Source: Octopus sinensis | Taxonomy: Eukaryota | Assembly: GCF_006345805.1 (NCBI RefSeq) | Contig: NC_043008.1 | Location: 32,488,001 to 32,552,000 of the forward strand | Direction of reading: 5' to 3' | Length of the DNA: 64,000 bases | Shown here: positions 13,035 through 27,004 of the stretch, in pieces | Position numbering within the stretch: the first letter of the stretch is position 1 | Layout of the letters: each line of letters opens with the position of its first letter | Notes under the pieces: generated by a model | What the model saw: the letters and a program-made list of their open reading frames with translations, nothing else | Told to the model about the DNA's origin: nothing | Database searches by the model: none | Position numbers and translations under genes: made by a program

Positions 13035-14847
13035 TTATACTTTTATAATTAAATATTATTAGGAATTGTATATATATAAAAAAAGAGTTAAAATATTTTG
13101 CGTATAACGAATTTATTGAGCAAAACTTTTAACGACAGAATCTTATATGGACCCCTAAGGGTCATGTGGATTCCGGTTGGGAAACAATGTCCTAAAGTGT
13201 TTGTCGAAGGATTTTAAGTCTACGCGTCTGTGAAACAATTTTGTTCAATAAACTTCAAACTGACTACCAGCCATGCTCGTGGGGTTATGGTACCTATAAA
13301 AATCATCGAAACTTACCGTTTTCGCTAATTTTGTTGGTGGATGAAAGTGAATGGTCTTAGAAAATGCATCGGTTCCCCGAAAAAATAGCATAGTGATCGC
13401 AACCACGTGATTTCGAATTCCGTTTTACTGCATGACTCTTTGGGCAAGTGACTTCCAGTATGGTTCCAGGATGACCAATACCCTGTGAGTGGATTTGGTA
13501 GATGGAAATTGTATGGAAGCCTGTCGTATGTGTTTCTGTGTGTGTGTATGCATGTGTGAGTGTTTGTGTGTCTTTGTGTTTGTACTCTCACTGTTTGACA
13601 GGGTGTTAAAATTTTTTTACTTACTCGTAGTTAACGGTTCAACAAAAGGGATCGATAGAATAAGTCCCAGATTTAAATAGAAAACGTACTGGAGTTAGAC
13701 TAAACCTTTCAAAGTGCTACCTCAGTATGGCCGTAGCCTAATGACTGAAGCAAGTAAAAGAATCCAAGAAAAAAAGAATGAATATATAACATTGTATCAC
13801 AATAATAGTTGACGAAGAATAGCAAAACAACACTGCAGAGTATGTAAGATGCTGCCTGGGATAAAAAAAGTTTGAAAAAGAAAACAAACAAAAAAACCTA
13901 AGGCATAAGGTATTAATATTAAAAAGCAGAGCATGAGAGATTACAGTAAGAATGGAGGTAAAAAAACCCACAGTATCGTGGTCCTGATAGAAAGGAAGGA
14001 AAGGTTATGGCAGTCATATCATACCCTAACATTTTGAATAAATAACATATAAGACGGGATAATCAACACGAGAACACTTTTGACCATAAATCTACCCGAT
14101 CAGAATGCTGACTTACAGGAGAATAACAGGAAACCATTAAGTAGATGCTCAACCTACTAGAAATAGCAGCAATATATCACGTCCCTCCCAAACCGCACCA
14201 CGCTATTAAAAACTAGAACATATTGCATAGGGTAGTCATAAAAGGACTATGCCTACAGATAAGACAGGATAGTCGTGGTTGTAACGCTTTTGATCATTGG
14301 TTTGCTCGATCAGAGCTAAACAACAACTGTTACTGTTTAGCTCCAGGCCAGACTTGCAATTTCAGAGCTATTATCTAACGTGTTCCAAACTTGACCACCC
14401 TGTCTTGGTCTCAACCATAGTCTACCTTAAGACTACATGATCCAGCTAAAGGTTGGTAATCGACGGTTCACCGTAAACAAATTACGGGGTGAATTTCTGA
14501 AGGGTTCGAATATTCCCTAAGCATATTTGATCAAGTAATACCCTTCTTTTTACACATAATCCAATGTTTTCTTACTATTTGTTGCAAGTCGGTAAGATTT
14601 GTTATTTGATATAAATTTGGTTGTTATTTCTAGCCAGTCGGGAAACTATATTTTGACTTTAAAGATGGCTCGAAACCCAGATCTTGTTATTGCTCATCCC
14701 TACGTCAGTACTGATCCGGTAGAAGTTGGATCAAAGACGTTCCAGATATCATCTTATATTTCAACCATTTTCTAGAATCACATTAGACAATGTGCCCTTC
14801 CTACTTAATTAAAAGTGGTTGCGCAGTATCATTTGAGGAAGACCCGA

Positions 14848-15065
14848 AGGCGGCGAGATGGCAGAATTGCTCCCGCACCGGACAAAATGCTTAGTAGTGT
14901 TTATTTCCGGCTTTACATCAGAGGTAAAATCCCACCGAGGTCAACTTGGCCTTTCATCCTTTCGAGATCGATAAAATAAATACCAGTCGAACTCTAGGAT
15001 CGATGTAATCGACTGGTTCCCTCCCCACCAAATTTCGGGCCTCCTGCCTATTGTAGAAAGAATTA
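14848..15065 (+). mobile_element. tRNA-derived SINE family B
   Basis: Head ggcggcgagatggcagaat...ccgaggtcaac and central gcctttcatcctttcg..gtcgataaaataa.tacc block. Other copies: 32228-32476 (-), 36128-36345, 36800-36930, 37425-37600 (-), 39378-39605, 42520-42737 (-), 55035-55447 (-, two copies). Confidence 0.85.
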
Positions 15066-15314
15066 TTTGAGGAAGGTTCGGCTGTTATTCCTAATAGATT
15101 GAGAGGCTATGTTATGGTTCCATCCCACCCGTTAGTTCATAAGGCATGGGGCTGATAAATGTTAACGTCTGTCAAAGACACGAACCATATTGCCATTACT
15201 TTATCTGGGTTTTTGCTTCAGAAATTTACGGCAGTCTTCAGAATGGTAACATAAAATCTTAACAGTTTATACCGCTAAGTAGCTCTTTTTCACCTGTCTG
15301 CCCCATCAACCTAC

Positions 15315-15375
15315 TATCTTTCTTCCTTCGTTTCCTCATTCTTTCCTTCAATCGTTCGTTCGTTTCTTTCTTTTC

Positions 15376-15443
<68 letters not shown>

Positions 15444-16003
15444 TCGTTCTTTCTTCCTTTCTTTCTTTCGTTCTTTCTTTCTTTTCTTTCTTTCTTTTTA
15501 TCTCTCCCTCCCTCCCTCTCTATTTCTTTCTTTCTGTTCACCCTCTCCCACCATACTCTTTTTCTAGTTTCCACAAGTCATTATTATCTTGAACTCTCTT
15601 CATTTTTTCTTCGCCGAATCTGTGCAACAGCAGCAGCCGCAGCAGCACCAGCACCACCACTACCGCCGCAACAACAACAATAACAACTATCTCTGCACTA
15701 CCACCACAACCACCACAACCACTCTCTTAACAACAGCGACTATGCATCATCACAACTATACAACACCACTGTACCTCTAACACCTCCACCTCCCCGCTAA
15801 TATCACTACACCACCACCACCACCACCACTATCACTACAACACCATTACCACTATCACAGCCGTACACTATTACCTCTAACTTTAAATCAATGCTATCCG
15901 TTGAAAGTGAACATACACCATGGCAGATATTGCCTTCGTGTCTGTTATCGGATTCATTCATCATATACAATGCAAACATGCTCACACATATATAAACATA
16001 CAT

Positions 16004-16042
<39 letters not shown>

Positions 16043-16126
16043 CATACACACATGTATATTATGTATGTATATATATGCACACACACACATTCACGCATAA
16101 ATATCTGCGTATACTTTAAACAATAT

Positions 16127-16158
<32 letters not shown>

Positions 16159-16345
16159 CTGTATTCATAGAGACAAAAAACAATCAAAACATGCATATAA
16201 AAGAAGTTATATGTATATGAATGAATATACATACAGAAACACGCGCATGTGCGCACACACATATTGACATGCATACGTACACATACATACGTACATACAT
16301 ACATACGTACATACATACATACGTACATACATACATACATACATA
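15315..16345. repeat. Compound microsatellite block: (TTTC)n, (CAC/AAC)n, (CA)n, (TA)n, (TACA)n
   Basis: Directly visible simple repeats. Confidence 0.95.
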
Positions 16346-16534
16346 CATACATACACAGCAAAGACATTACCTTAAGCCTTTTAATTTGGAGATGTAGGTG
16401 TACATGAAATATTATCAGTCGATTTCATGGCGGCTAATTGTCGTCTGCCGTATCAATAAGTACAGCATAGGTTAAAGTTCTCTGTTACCTACTGTCGCCA
16501 GCTAATATCGATACCTATGGTCATCATACAAAGA

Positions 16535-17800
16535 TATTGTCTGTTACTGCGTTGTCTATTGTCTTTACGGCGTCGTCTATTCTTGTTACTCTTTCGTCTG
16601 TTCTGTGTCGTCTGCTATCATTACTCTTTCGTTTGCGGTTGTTACTGTGTCGGCTGCACGAGGTAATGTGTCATTTGCTGCTGTTAGTGTTTCAACTGTT
16701 GTTCTTACTATATTTTCGGTTGTCTTTACAGTATCGCCTGTTCTTATTATTGTGTCGCTTGTTGTTGTAATTGTGTCGTCTTGTTAGCATCATCTGTTGT
16801 TACTGTGTTGTCTGTTGTTATTCTATCGTCTGCTGTTGTTTCTGTGTTGTCTACTCTTGCTCCTGTGTCGTCTGCTGTTGGTAGTGTCGTCTGCTATGGT
16901 TACTGTGTCGTGTGCGATTGTTACTTTCGTCACTTACTGTCGTTGTGTCGTCCGCTGTCGTAACTGTGTCGTCTGCTGTTGTAACTGTGTAATTTGTTAT
17001 TATCAATGTGTTGTCAGTTGTTGTTACTCTTTCGCCTGCTCTTGTTTCTGTGCCGTCTGCTCTGTCTATTTACTATGTCCTCTGCGATTGTTCCTCAATC
17101 TTCTGTTGTTAATGTTTTGGCTGGTTTACAATTGTGCTGGATGCTTTTGATACCGTGTCGTCTGCTATTGTTACTGTGTTGTCCAGTGATGTTTCTGAGC
17201 CATCGGCTGTTGTTATTTTCTTTTTTGCTGTTGTTATAATGTCATTTGTTGTGGTCTTGTCGTCTGCTTTTGTTTACGCGCCATCTCTTGTAATTGTGTC
17301 GTCGGATGCTGTTAATGTATGTGAGTCTGCTGTTGTCATTGTACGGTGTGTTGTCTTTACTTGCCATTTGTTGTTGTTCCTGTTTTGTCTGCTATTGTTT
17401 CTCTCAGTCGTTTGCTGTTGTTATTGTGCTATCTGCTGTTGTTTCTGTGTCGTCTGCCATTGTTTGTATGTCGTCTGCTGTTGATACTTTGTCGTCTGCT
17501 ATATGGTAGATTGTCATTACAGTTCCGTTTGCTGTTGTTGCTATGTCGTTTCCTGTTGTGTGTCATCTGCTGTAGTTACTTTGACATCTGCTGATGTCAC
17601 TGTGCTCTCTGTTCTATCTGTTACTGTCTGCTAGTGTTACTTTACTGTCTATCCTTGTTACTGTCTCATCTGCTGCCGTTACTCTATCATCGTCAGTCGG
17701 TTACTGTATCGCCTATTGTTTTGCTGTACCATCTGTTGTAGTTACTGAATTATCTGTTGTCGTTACTATGTCACCTGTTGTTGTTACTTTGTCGTGTAAC
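16535..17800. repeat. Degenerate minisatellite, about 21-bp unit (tctgctgttgttactgtgtcg)
   Basis: Repeated tgtcgtctgctgttgttac motifs over about 1.3 kb. These explain the overlapping Leu/Val/Ser/Cys-rich ORFs. Confidence 0.85.
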
Positions 17801-18439
17801 TATTGATGTAGCATAGAGATCTCCGTTTCTTTGTCCGACACTCTATCAGAAATTATAGTTGTTGCCACTGTTGCTGATTTCCAAGCCAGTGCATTGATCT
17901 AAACCATTCCATCAGTAGCCAAGCTCAAATTCTATCGTATGCACAAGTAACACATGATCCATTTGTTAATTATGTCTTTCTTTTAAGTCACCGGGTTATG
18001 ATTTGAAAAAGACTTGATTGCTATTTCTAGCAACGAGTGACCTAGTAGGGACTCAAAAGTCAGGCTGAATTACTATAGTCTTGATAGAGGCTCTCTTGTT
18101 TCGAACTATCGTTTGTTGTCTTAGTAAATACACTTATGACATGATGAGTGTATCTCTTAATATATCTTCTTCTATATCAATAACTATAGTCATAATGGAG
18201 GTTTTTTTTTTACTAATTATTGTCTGTTGTATTAATAAGTATTATCATAGTAATGAGACATTCTATTACATTATTGTCTTCTATACCAGTGATTATAACC
18301 ACAGTCGAGAGTCTCATTTATTAATTATCATCCACTGTATCAACGTCTATAGCCATGTCAGAGAGAAGGTCTCCATTACTACATCATCCGCAGTATCAGT
18401 TTGTGTATTCATTGAAGAGAGGCAGTCTCTTTCACAATT

Positions 18440-18880
18440 CTTAACATTTAGTGTACAGTGAAAGAAGAACAGAGAGGAAGAGAGGAGAAAGGAGGAGATA
18501 TAATTAAGAGAAAACATAACAAGAGAGAGAGAGAGAGAAGAAAAGGAAGAAAGAAAAAAGAAAGAGAGAGAATGAATAGAAGACAGAAAGAAAGAATAAA
18601 TAGGAAAGATAGAATAAGGGAGAAAGAGTGGGTGGTATAAGGGGAGAGAGGACATGTGGAAGAAAGAATGTGAGAGCGAGAGGAGAGGAAAAATAGTGAG
18701 AGAAGGAATGGAAGTGCGAAAGAGAGAAAGAGAGGGAGGGAGAGGAAGAGATGGAGTTAGAAAGGGCGAGAGACAACAAGAGAAGTAGTGAGAAGGAAAG
18801 AAAAGGTGGGAACAGAAAAAAAGAGCCAACATAAGAATGAGAGACAAAGGGAGAATGGAAGAGAAAGAGACAGAGAGAGA
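18440..18880. repeat. Polypurine (GA-rich) low-complexity tract
   Basis: Directly visible. Confidence 0.9.
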
Positions 18881-19679
18881 CATTATGTCTAGATACAGAG
18901 AGAAGTTGTACCAAACATTGTCGTGTTTTGTAGCTATCTTTGACATATCCCAACCTGTGGTTGTCTCTTTGAAAACTACAGATTTCTGAGTTGATGGACT
19001 GTATCTGTCGTTTATGTCTTGTCACTGACGATGACCAAGGTATTTGCATTACAATCACTGTCCCAGTCTGTCAGACTGTTTCCAAAACCACATTTATGCA
19101 TATATATTTACGCATCATATAAGTGCCTCAAACTCTGAGGTGGCTACTTAGAATATCAGTTGCCTTTTCTTTCATTACAGATTTAAGATAATTTTTATCT
19201 AAGCAATAATTTAAATCAATTAAACAAATTAACAATAGTTAGTATTCACAAATTAGATCCAATTGACATGAATATCTGTAGCATTTCGCTATAATTATGT
19301 TTACTATAAATTTTATTAGATTTTTTTTGCTGCTGTCTTTATTCTCTGTTAGCAATTGCTAGTAAAGCCGTGCGAAGTTCTCATAATTAAGGTCAGGCAT
19401 TGGCAACCTTTAACGAGAAAGGAACCGCATGCGACATGACCTCTGAATGGTACGCTAAAAAAAAGTTGTCCTGAATGTTTTTAGTGGTACAGCTGTAAAC
19501 TTCCTAAGGTGCAGGCGCGTGGCTTAGTAGTTAGGATACTTCACTCATCATTGTAAGATTGTGGTTTCGATTCCTGCACTAAGCAATGCGTCGTGCTTTT
19601 GTGTAAATCACTTCATTTCAAGTTTCTGCAGTTAACTCAGCAAAAATGAGTAATCATGCGATAATCCAAGTTTTAACAT

Positions 19680-20423
19680 CATCTCCTTCGAAATGGTCAA
19701 TTTGAGAAGTAATACACCGGTCCCAGCGTTCGTTCCATTTTTGAAATCTGGCCTGGAAGTCGTTTTCCGTGAGCGAGTCGAATATTTACTGCGGTTTGTT
19801 CTAAATCTCGACAACGGTGTTTAAACGGTGACCTTTGAGCGGCATTTTCATCTTGGGGAAGAGATAAAAGTCCGCACAGGTGCTAAATCTGGCGAATAGG
19901 GTGGGTGCGGAATTGATACCATGTTGTTTTTGGTGAGAAACTCACGAGTGAGGAGATCTTGGTGGCAGGGTGCATTGTCATCATGAAGAATACAATCTTT
20001 TATGCTCCCTTGACGGTCTGACCCTGAGAGGCAAATTCTCGATTCACAATATCACATTTCCGGGGGTGACGCACTTGGCAGGTCTTCCAGGGACGTTCTT
20101 TCGCTTTTGGAGCGCCCGTGCCACTCGAAACATTGCTTACAACCCATTGCTTCGTCGTTGTAAGCATGCTCAATGTCTCTACAGCAGACTTCTTAAGTTT
20201 AACACAAAATTTCACGTTCACTCTTTGTCCCACCCCATGACAAAATCGTAGACTACAGCATACACATGATAACGAAAACACAAATTTGCGAAGTAAACAC
20301 AGCGATATCACTCAACACTGCCTCATGAAGGTCACTGCTAGCTCTCACGGCGGACGCAACCGTGTGCTGCCATCTGTTGGCGTGCTACAGAACTAGTCCG
20401 GAAAGTTTTTGATACTACCTCAT
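19680..20423 (-). mobile_element. Internally deleted mariner (DD34D-type) relic
   Basis: Minus strand: HTH start QRVNVKFCVKLKKSAVETLSML, then LHDDNAPC and PHPPYSPDLAP motifs. 5' TIR-like tatgaggtagtatcaaaaactttccggact. Confidence 0.85.
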
Positions 20424-20951
20424 AATGTTTCATTTGTATTTTGTTATGTAATACACAACCTGTCTTTTATCAACAAATGACATCGTTGAACATCATATCT
20501 CCGTTTCTATTTAATGATAGTTTTAAGTTTATTTACATTTAGAAGTAGCGTTGATTAATATTATCACAGTAAATAGGCAAATGTGTTGGTTGATGTAAGA
20601 CATTTGAGAACGTATGAAACGTTCTGTTAGATAAACAGATTTATAAGCTATGGAGCAGCGGAAGAAAAAGGGAAGGAAATACAAATGTGTTATGGTATAA
20701 ATGCCTAAGCGCAAGTAACTGATTTGATAAATAATAACGTTATATAACATTAATGACTGACTTTGAAGGATGTTTTTCTGTTTGTTTTAGCTCCTTCTAC
20801 AACCAAAATGACGATCAGCTGCTGCTGCTGTTGTTGTTGTTGAGGTGGTGGTGAGGATGAGAAATACCGGGGTTAAGATTGTGAGAGGGTGAAAGAGATA
20901 GTAAAACTTGTGTGTGATCTATGCGTGCACACACACACATACACTCTCACA

Positions 20952-21255
20952 CGCGACGGTCGGTTGAAAAGTTCATTAGCTTACCAAGATACTCTCATGA
21001 AATATCTATTTATCAACATACTCCCCTCTTATGGTCCATACACTTCTTCCATCGACTTCTCGGTGCTTGGATCCTATTGATGAAGAAGCTTTCATCCTGT
21101 CCCTCAAAAATGTCATCAACGGCAGATATGACGCCACCATCGCTGCGATACTACTTCCCAGTTCAGTGTTTTTCCATACTGGGGAACAGAAGATAGTCAA
21201 ATGAGGCCAAATCAGGATAATAGGAAGGCTGATCAAGCAGTTCAAATCCAGTCAC
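20952..21255 (-). mobile_element. 3' fragment of a second mariner family
   Basis: Minus-strand QPSYYPDLASFDYLLFP (YSPDLAPSDY-like) and TIR-like cgacggtcggttgaaaagttcat. Confidence 0.7.
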
Positions 21256-21886
21256 TGGTCTTATGGATCATAGGGCTCGAGGAAAAAAAATTCAAGCTCA
21301 TTAGCAGATAGCCGAAATAATTTATTTGGAAAACCATTAAACTGACGGTATGAAGGTTTCGGTTCCAATACCAGGTATTGACACGTTGATTATTATTATT
21401 AATTCTTATTTATAATGTGACAGACTTGAAAGTGTGATAGATGGGTAAGGTATTCTGTAATAAAGACACACAAAAGGCTAATAGAAGAGACAAAAATATA
21501 TCAACTGCCTCTTGTCGAAGTACGAAGCCACAATGGATATAACCGGATTTAAAACACTTTGTGGACTTTTCCTGCCAATCAGCAGCTATGGCGTGCAAAC
21601 TCCAGTCTGTAGCTGCAATAGTAAATTATGAAACTGTTGCAGTTATTTCTATTATTTTCTTTTTCAACAAAAAGCGTTCACAAAAAGATAGCCTTCACGA
21701 CAGATTAACGACAAATATCCATTTTTTCGAGGTGATAGAAATATCAATCAGATGAATATAAACATTGCCTAAATATAATATGTCTTGATACAAATGGGAC
21801 TAAAGTAGTTTCAGGCGGTTTAACAATTAAATAGATTTGAAAACAAAAATAATACGGCTTTAATAAAATAATGAAATAGTATTTGG

Positions 21887-21928
<42 letters not shown>

Positions 21929-22184
21929 TTAACAATTAAGGATAACCTCTTAATAAGGGATCTTAACAAGAAATTATCAGGTAGTTAGCGTGAAAACCTC
22001 ATAAAAGAAAAGAATCCGAAAATAATTTTTTTCTTTTGAACAAATTAATTATATCTATATTGCATAGAGGGCATTAATACACATAAATGCCTCACGCTAA
22101 GAGGGACAAAGTCATTACTACCAAAATTACACTAATCATACCTAAAAGCAGTTCTTCAAAGCAAGACATTTAAAAAATGAATTT

Positions 22185-22242
22185 AGTTCTGTATCACCGT
22201 GATTTCACATTTAACTTACGTCTTATGATCCTCAGCAGAACT
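22185..22242 (-). ncRNA. Type-I hammerhead ribozyme (inverted copy of 22598-22655)
   Basis: Exact reverse complement of the motif at 22598-22655. Confidence 0.8.
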
Positions 22243-22597
22243 GATTCTGACTTTGTCCCTCTTAGTGTGAGACATTTATGTGTATTAATGCCCTCTATAC
22301 AATATAGATATAATTAATTTGTTCAAAAGAAAAAAATTATTTTCGAATTCTTTTCTTTTATGAGGTTTTCACGCTAACTACCTGATAATTTCTTGTTAAG
22401 ATCCCTTATTAAGAAGTTATCCTTAATTGTTAAATTTATTCCGAAATACTTTTCCTACCCGACATGCAGTTCGAAAAAGCCCGCCATTTACCGAATATAT
22501 GATTTATAAACATTCCATGTGCTTGGCCGGAGTGAATAGATGTCTGTTCGTCTTCGCTAGGTAGGGTTGGTGGTTTATTTATGATGTGTTCAGAATC

Positions 22598-22655
22598 AGT
22601 TCTGCTGAGGATCATAAGACGTAAGTTAAATGTGAAATCACGGTGATACAGAACT
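22598..22655 (+). ncRNA. Type-I hammerhead ribozyme
   Basis: AGTTCTG-CTGAGGA-tCATaaGACgtaaGTTaaATGt-GAAA-TCACGGTGA-TA-CAGAACT. It has a 7-bp stem I, an intact core, a GNRA-capped stem II and a near-palindromic stem III. Confidence 0.82.
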
Positions 22656-22754
22656 AAATTCATTTTTTAAATGTCTTGCTTTGAAGAACTGCTTTTAGGT
22701 ATGATTAGTGTAATTTTGGTAGTAATGACTTTGTCCCTCTTAGTGTGAGGCATT

Positions 22755-22793
<39 letters not shown>

Positions 22794-25091
22794 AATTAAT
22801 GAATAAAATAAAACTTATGCATATTTATATTTATGTACGTACCTACCTCTACATATATATATATATATATATATAATATATATATATATTATATATATAT
22901 ATATTATATATATATATACATGCATATATGGGTACAGGACACCAAAAAAAAAACGTCGAACACAATGAGAAACGAAAACATAAACACAAAACCAAGGAAA
23001 TGGACATTTTTCTTAAACAACGAAAAAATAGAGTTCAGAACATACAATACAAGGAAAATTCCCCTTCTTCAGTCGCCTTTGTTTCATCTACTCCGCGTTT
23101 CGAAGGTCAAGGCGAGACACGACCTCGGTGAAACATTCCTTCCCGCGAAAAGCAAATTAGATAAAATTTGAGATTTTTTTGCGGAGGGGTAAAAATGGTA
23201 ACAAAAACAGGACAGTAACGACAGTACAAAATATAAACAGTAAAATACAGGACAAGGAGAATAGCAGTAACACTGAATGAAGCTTAACAGCCCTTCTTGT
23301 CTGTTTCCATCTATCATATCCACTGACAAGGCTTTAGTCGGCCCGTGGATATAGTAGAAGACACTTGTCCAGCGTACCACGCGGTGCGATCGAAGCCGGG
23401 ACCATGTGTTTGGGAAGCAAGCTTCTTACCACACAGCCACGCCTGCGCCTATGCTATAATTTCCAAACCCAGATGGTCATTTTCAAAAATTGCAGAAGAA
23501 CATTGACTGAAAGGAAGAAGAAAAAAAACATTATTGTGAATTGTGCACTTTTGTGACAGAGTCCCCCCACCACCACCACCACCACCAAAAAAAAGAAGAA
23601 AAAGAAAAACTAGAAAGGAAAAAGTAAAAAGAAGACATCGTAACTACTTTTGATTCGTCGAAACAATAACGAGGCAACAAAATCCACCACGGCTGATTGC
23701 GCTAGATGGATACATTTCATTTTCACTCTCACATCATTTTGACCTTGTGCCGCGATAGAAGCAGTTACGATTTCTTCCGTGTCCTTCATTATATCTATTT
23801 CTCCTGCTTTTTCTCTTCCTATTTTCACTTTCGAAAAGGATCTTTAAGATAGAAAAATAGAAAAAAAAAAGAAGAAAAAAAAAGAAAAAAAGTCATACTC
23901 TGTTTTATTAAAACACAAGGTTATGGCTTCCAAATCTTTTCAATTTAATTGATACAATATCCTGAAACAAATCGTTAACACACGGGTACACACATTTACG
24001 TTTGTTTGTATGTTTGTATGTATGTATGTATGTATGTATGTATGTATGTATGTATGTATGTATGTATGTATGTATGTATGTATGTGTGTATGTATGTGTG
24101 TATGTATGTGTGTATGTATGTGTGTGGTGTGTGTGCTGTGTGTATGTGTATATATATACACACACAAACGCACCCATACATATATGTGTGTGTGTATATG
24201 TATGTATGTATATATATATATATATATACACATATATATAATGTACTTATGTGTATGTACTTTATGTGTAGGGAGAAATATATAGACTTTTGTATGTTTG
24301 TGTGTGTGTGTGTGTGTGAAAGGGAGGAAACAAGAGCAAGTGTGACGAAACAGGAGAGCAAAAGGCGGAGAGTGTGAGGGAAGAGGAACGGATGCAAGAA
24401 AATTAGATTTTCATATGGTATAGATTTGACCTTATCTGTCGAATTAATCCAGGGTTAATACGAGTGAAAATATCTTTATCGTGTTGCAAGGTAATCTTGT
24501 GTGAAGAGTTAACTAATTCTCATGCTCTCTCTAACCCTTCTCTCTCTCTCTACCCTTACCTCCGCTTACTCTCTCTTTCTTTCTCTCTCTCTCTCCCACT
24601 ATGTCCCTCTCCCTCGCTCACTCTTTATTTCCCTCTTTCTCTCTCTCCCACTCTTTATATTTTCTCTCTATTTCTTTCTTTCTCTCTCTCTCTCTCCTAC
24701 TCTTTATTTTTTCTTTCTCTCCTTCAAATATAAGCAATGTCAGCTTCACTGTCATTGACACATTACAACTACACACAAACACACACACATATTCACACAT
24801 ACATATACTCATGCTCACACATACACACATAAGCATGCACACATATACTTGCCCATACACTTACTTTCTCTTTCATTCACACACACACACGCATGTGTAT
24901 TTATGTATGTGGATATATATGTACTCATATACACACGTATATATGTGTGTGCATGTGTGTGTGTATTTATACGTTTATACATACATACACGCACACACTC
25001 ATGTATGCATGAATCTACGTATAAATGTATGTATGCATATATATGTATATATTATATATATATATATATATAATTATATATATATATATAT

Positions 25092-27004
25092 AGTAAGGAA
25101 AAATTTTTTTTTAAATGCAGAATGCTCAAATGAAAGAAAATTTTAATAAAATGAGAAATTGATAAATATATAAATATATATTTATTCAACTGGTTTTCGT
25201 CATTGTATGACTTGTCAAGAATATTTATGTTTTAAAAAGTTTTTTTAAAAATTAGAAAGGGGAAAAAAAGAAAATTGCAATTGTTTTTGTAAAAGAATAA
25301 TGATAAAAATGTACAAAATTAAAAAATAAGTTCTCCGATACATTGTGAGTTCGTTGTGTATCTTGAGTTTTATGGTTGTTTACGAAAAAATTACCTTGAG
25401 GTGTTAAGATCCAAAGGGATTAAGAGCATGTGTTGTGTGTTAAATTCAGCATGTTTGCAGGACAGGAAGTAGTAGTAATTGTGGTCCTGGTTCTTCAGTT
25501 CCTGTGTTGTGAGTAGGGGGAGACAACTCCATTGAGTTCTTCAATAAAACCCAAATTATAAAATTATCATTTTAGCTTCATTTGCGTTGTCTTTTTTATA
25601 TAATTGCTTGTTAACTTAACTTTCAGATTTTAACACTTTATTTATATTATTTTCTAATTATATAAATCTGCATAGACAATTGCATTTCAAATTGTCATAT
25701 CATTTATAATAAAAATGATAGTAATAACAACAATAGTAAAAATGATATTTAAAGAATATAAGTTTTAGCTTGAAGTGATGAATGCATGGTATCTTTATAT
25801 ATTTGTGTTAGTCCATCCATGAAGAGTGAGGTAGAGAAAGGAAGTTTGATCAACGAGGAGTTTGCATATTAAGTTGTGTTTGGAATTTTTCAATAAAGAG
25901 ATTCTCCTTGTTAATTCTCTCCTGTGTGGTGATCCCGTCTTTACATTGGTAGAAGGGGAATATATAGAATTTGGGGTTTAAGTCTTTAGCACATGAGTCT
26001 AAGTGGTCACTCAGTGGAATTTGTCGGTATTCCGGGAGATTTATTTGTTCTTTATGCACCGTTACTCGTTTACGTAACGGGAGACTCGTTTGTCCAACAT
26101 AATTATGTTGGCAACCAGCGCATGTGAGAACGTAGATAAGGTTCTCGGAGGAACAGGAGAAGTTAGTCTTGATTTTAAACTTCGTACCTTGTTTGAAGGT
26201 AAATTCAGAGCCTTCAAGTAGAAAGGGGCAGGTACCACAGTTTGAGCGTGCACATTTTTTACTGTTGGGGGTGGATGTGGTGTGTGAAGTTTGGCATTTG
26301 TCAAGAGTTTTTTTAAAGATTTGTGTTGCCTTTTGCATTTGAGGATTTTGTGTGTATTTATAATGTTTTTCACTTTTGGGTCTGTTGACAGTAGACTGAG
26401 GTTTTGTATGATTGTGGTGTATGCTTCGATATTTTTGGGGTGTGGGTGGAAATGTATGGAAGTATTTTGAGGTTGTGTGTGGTGTTAGGTTGGGTGGTTT
26501 TCAGTGTAGTGTTGTCTAGTTCTTTGGCGCGTTTTATTCCATACTCTATAAGGGTGGAGGGATATTGACGTTGTAATAGTGTTTTTTTGAGGTCTTGAAG
26601 GCGTATTTCTCGTGTTTTTGGATCCGAGACAATGGTGCATACCCTTTTAGCTAATTGAAAGGGATATTTGTCTTGGTGTGTTTTGGGTGGCATGAACTAA
26701 AGAGGAGGTATTGTTGTGAGTCTGTAGGTTTGTGGTAGATGTCTGTTATGATTTCGTTCTTAGGTGTTTTATAATTAGGAGATCAAGGAATGGGAGATGA
26801 TGTTTGCTTAATTCCATAGTGAATTGGATGTTGGGATGTATGTTGTTTAGTATGGTTTTGAATTCCAGGAGTTTTTCATAAGGTTCTTTCCATATGATGA
26901 AACAATCATCTAAATACCTTTTCCAGTTTTCCATTAGGTAGGTGTGGAAAACATGTCCAAATTTCTGGCTTGATATTTCATAGAGTGACAGTTCGAAGTA
27001 ACCC
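25092..27004 (-). mobile_element. Penelope-like element, 5'-truncated, segment 1 (RT C-terminal half + GIY-YIG + 3' end)
   Basis: WKRYLDDCFIIW (RT YxDD), HLPFLDLLI, Cys-rich linker CARSNCGTCPF, and GIY-YIG NLIYVLTCAGCQHNYVGQT...RVTVH...SDH. Frameshifted. Confidence 0.93.

Larger units (their letters stand above)
21926..22762. mobile_element. Non-coding fold-back element in (TA)n carrying two hammerhead motifs (Penelope pLTR / retrozyme-like)
   Basis: 21926-22114 is inverted at 22248-22437, and 22079-22250 is inverted at 22590-22762. Both sides are flanked by (TA)n. Confidence 0.8.

Noticed and set aside
22930-23200. Minus-strand CTGAAGA and GAAACGCG motifs in a TA-adjacent repeat
   Set aside because: The two motifs are in the wrong order, and neither completes a hammerhead.
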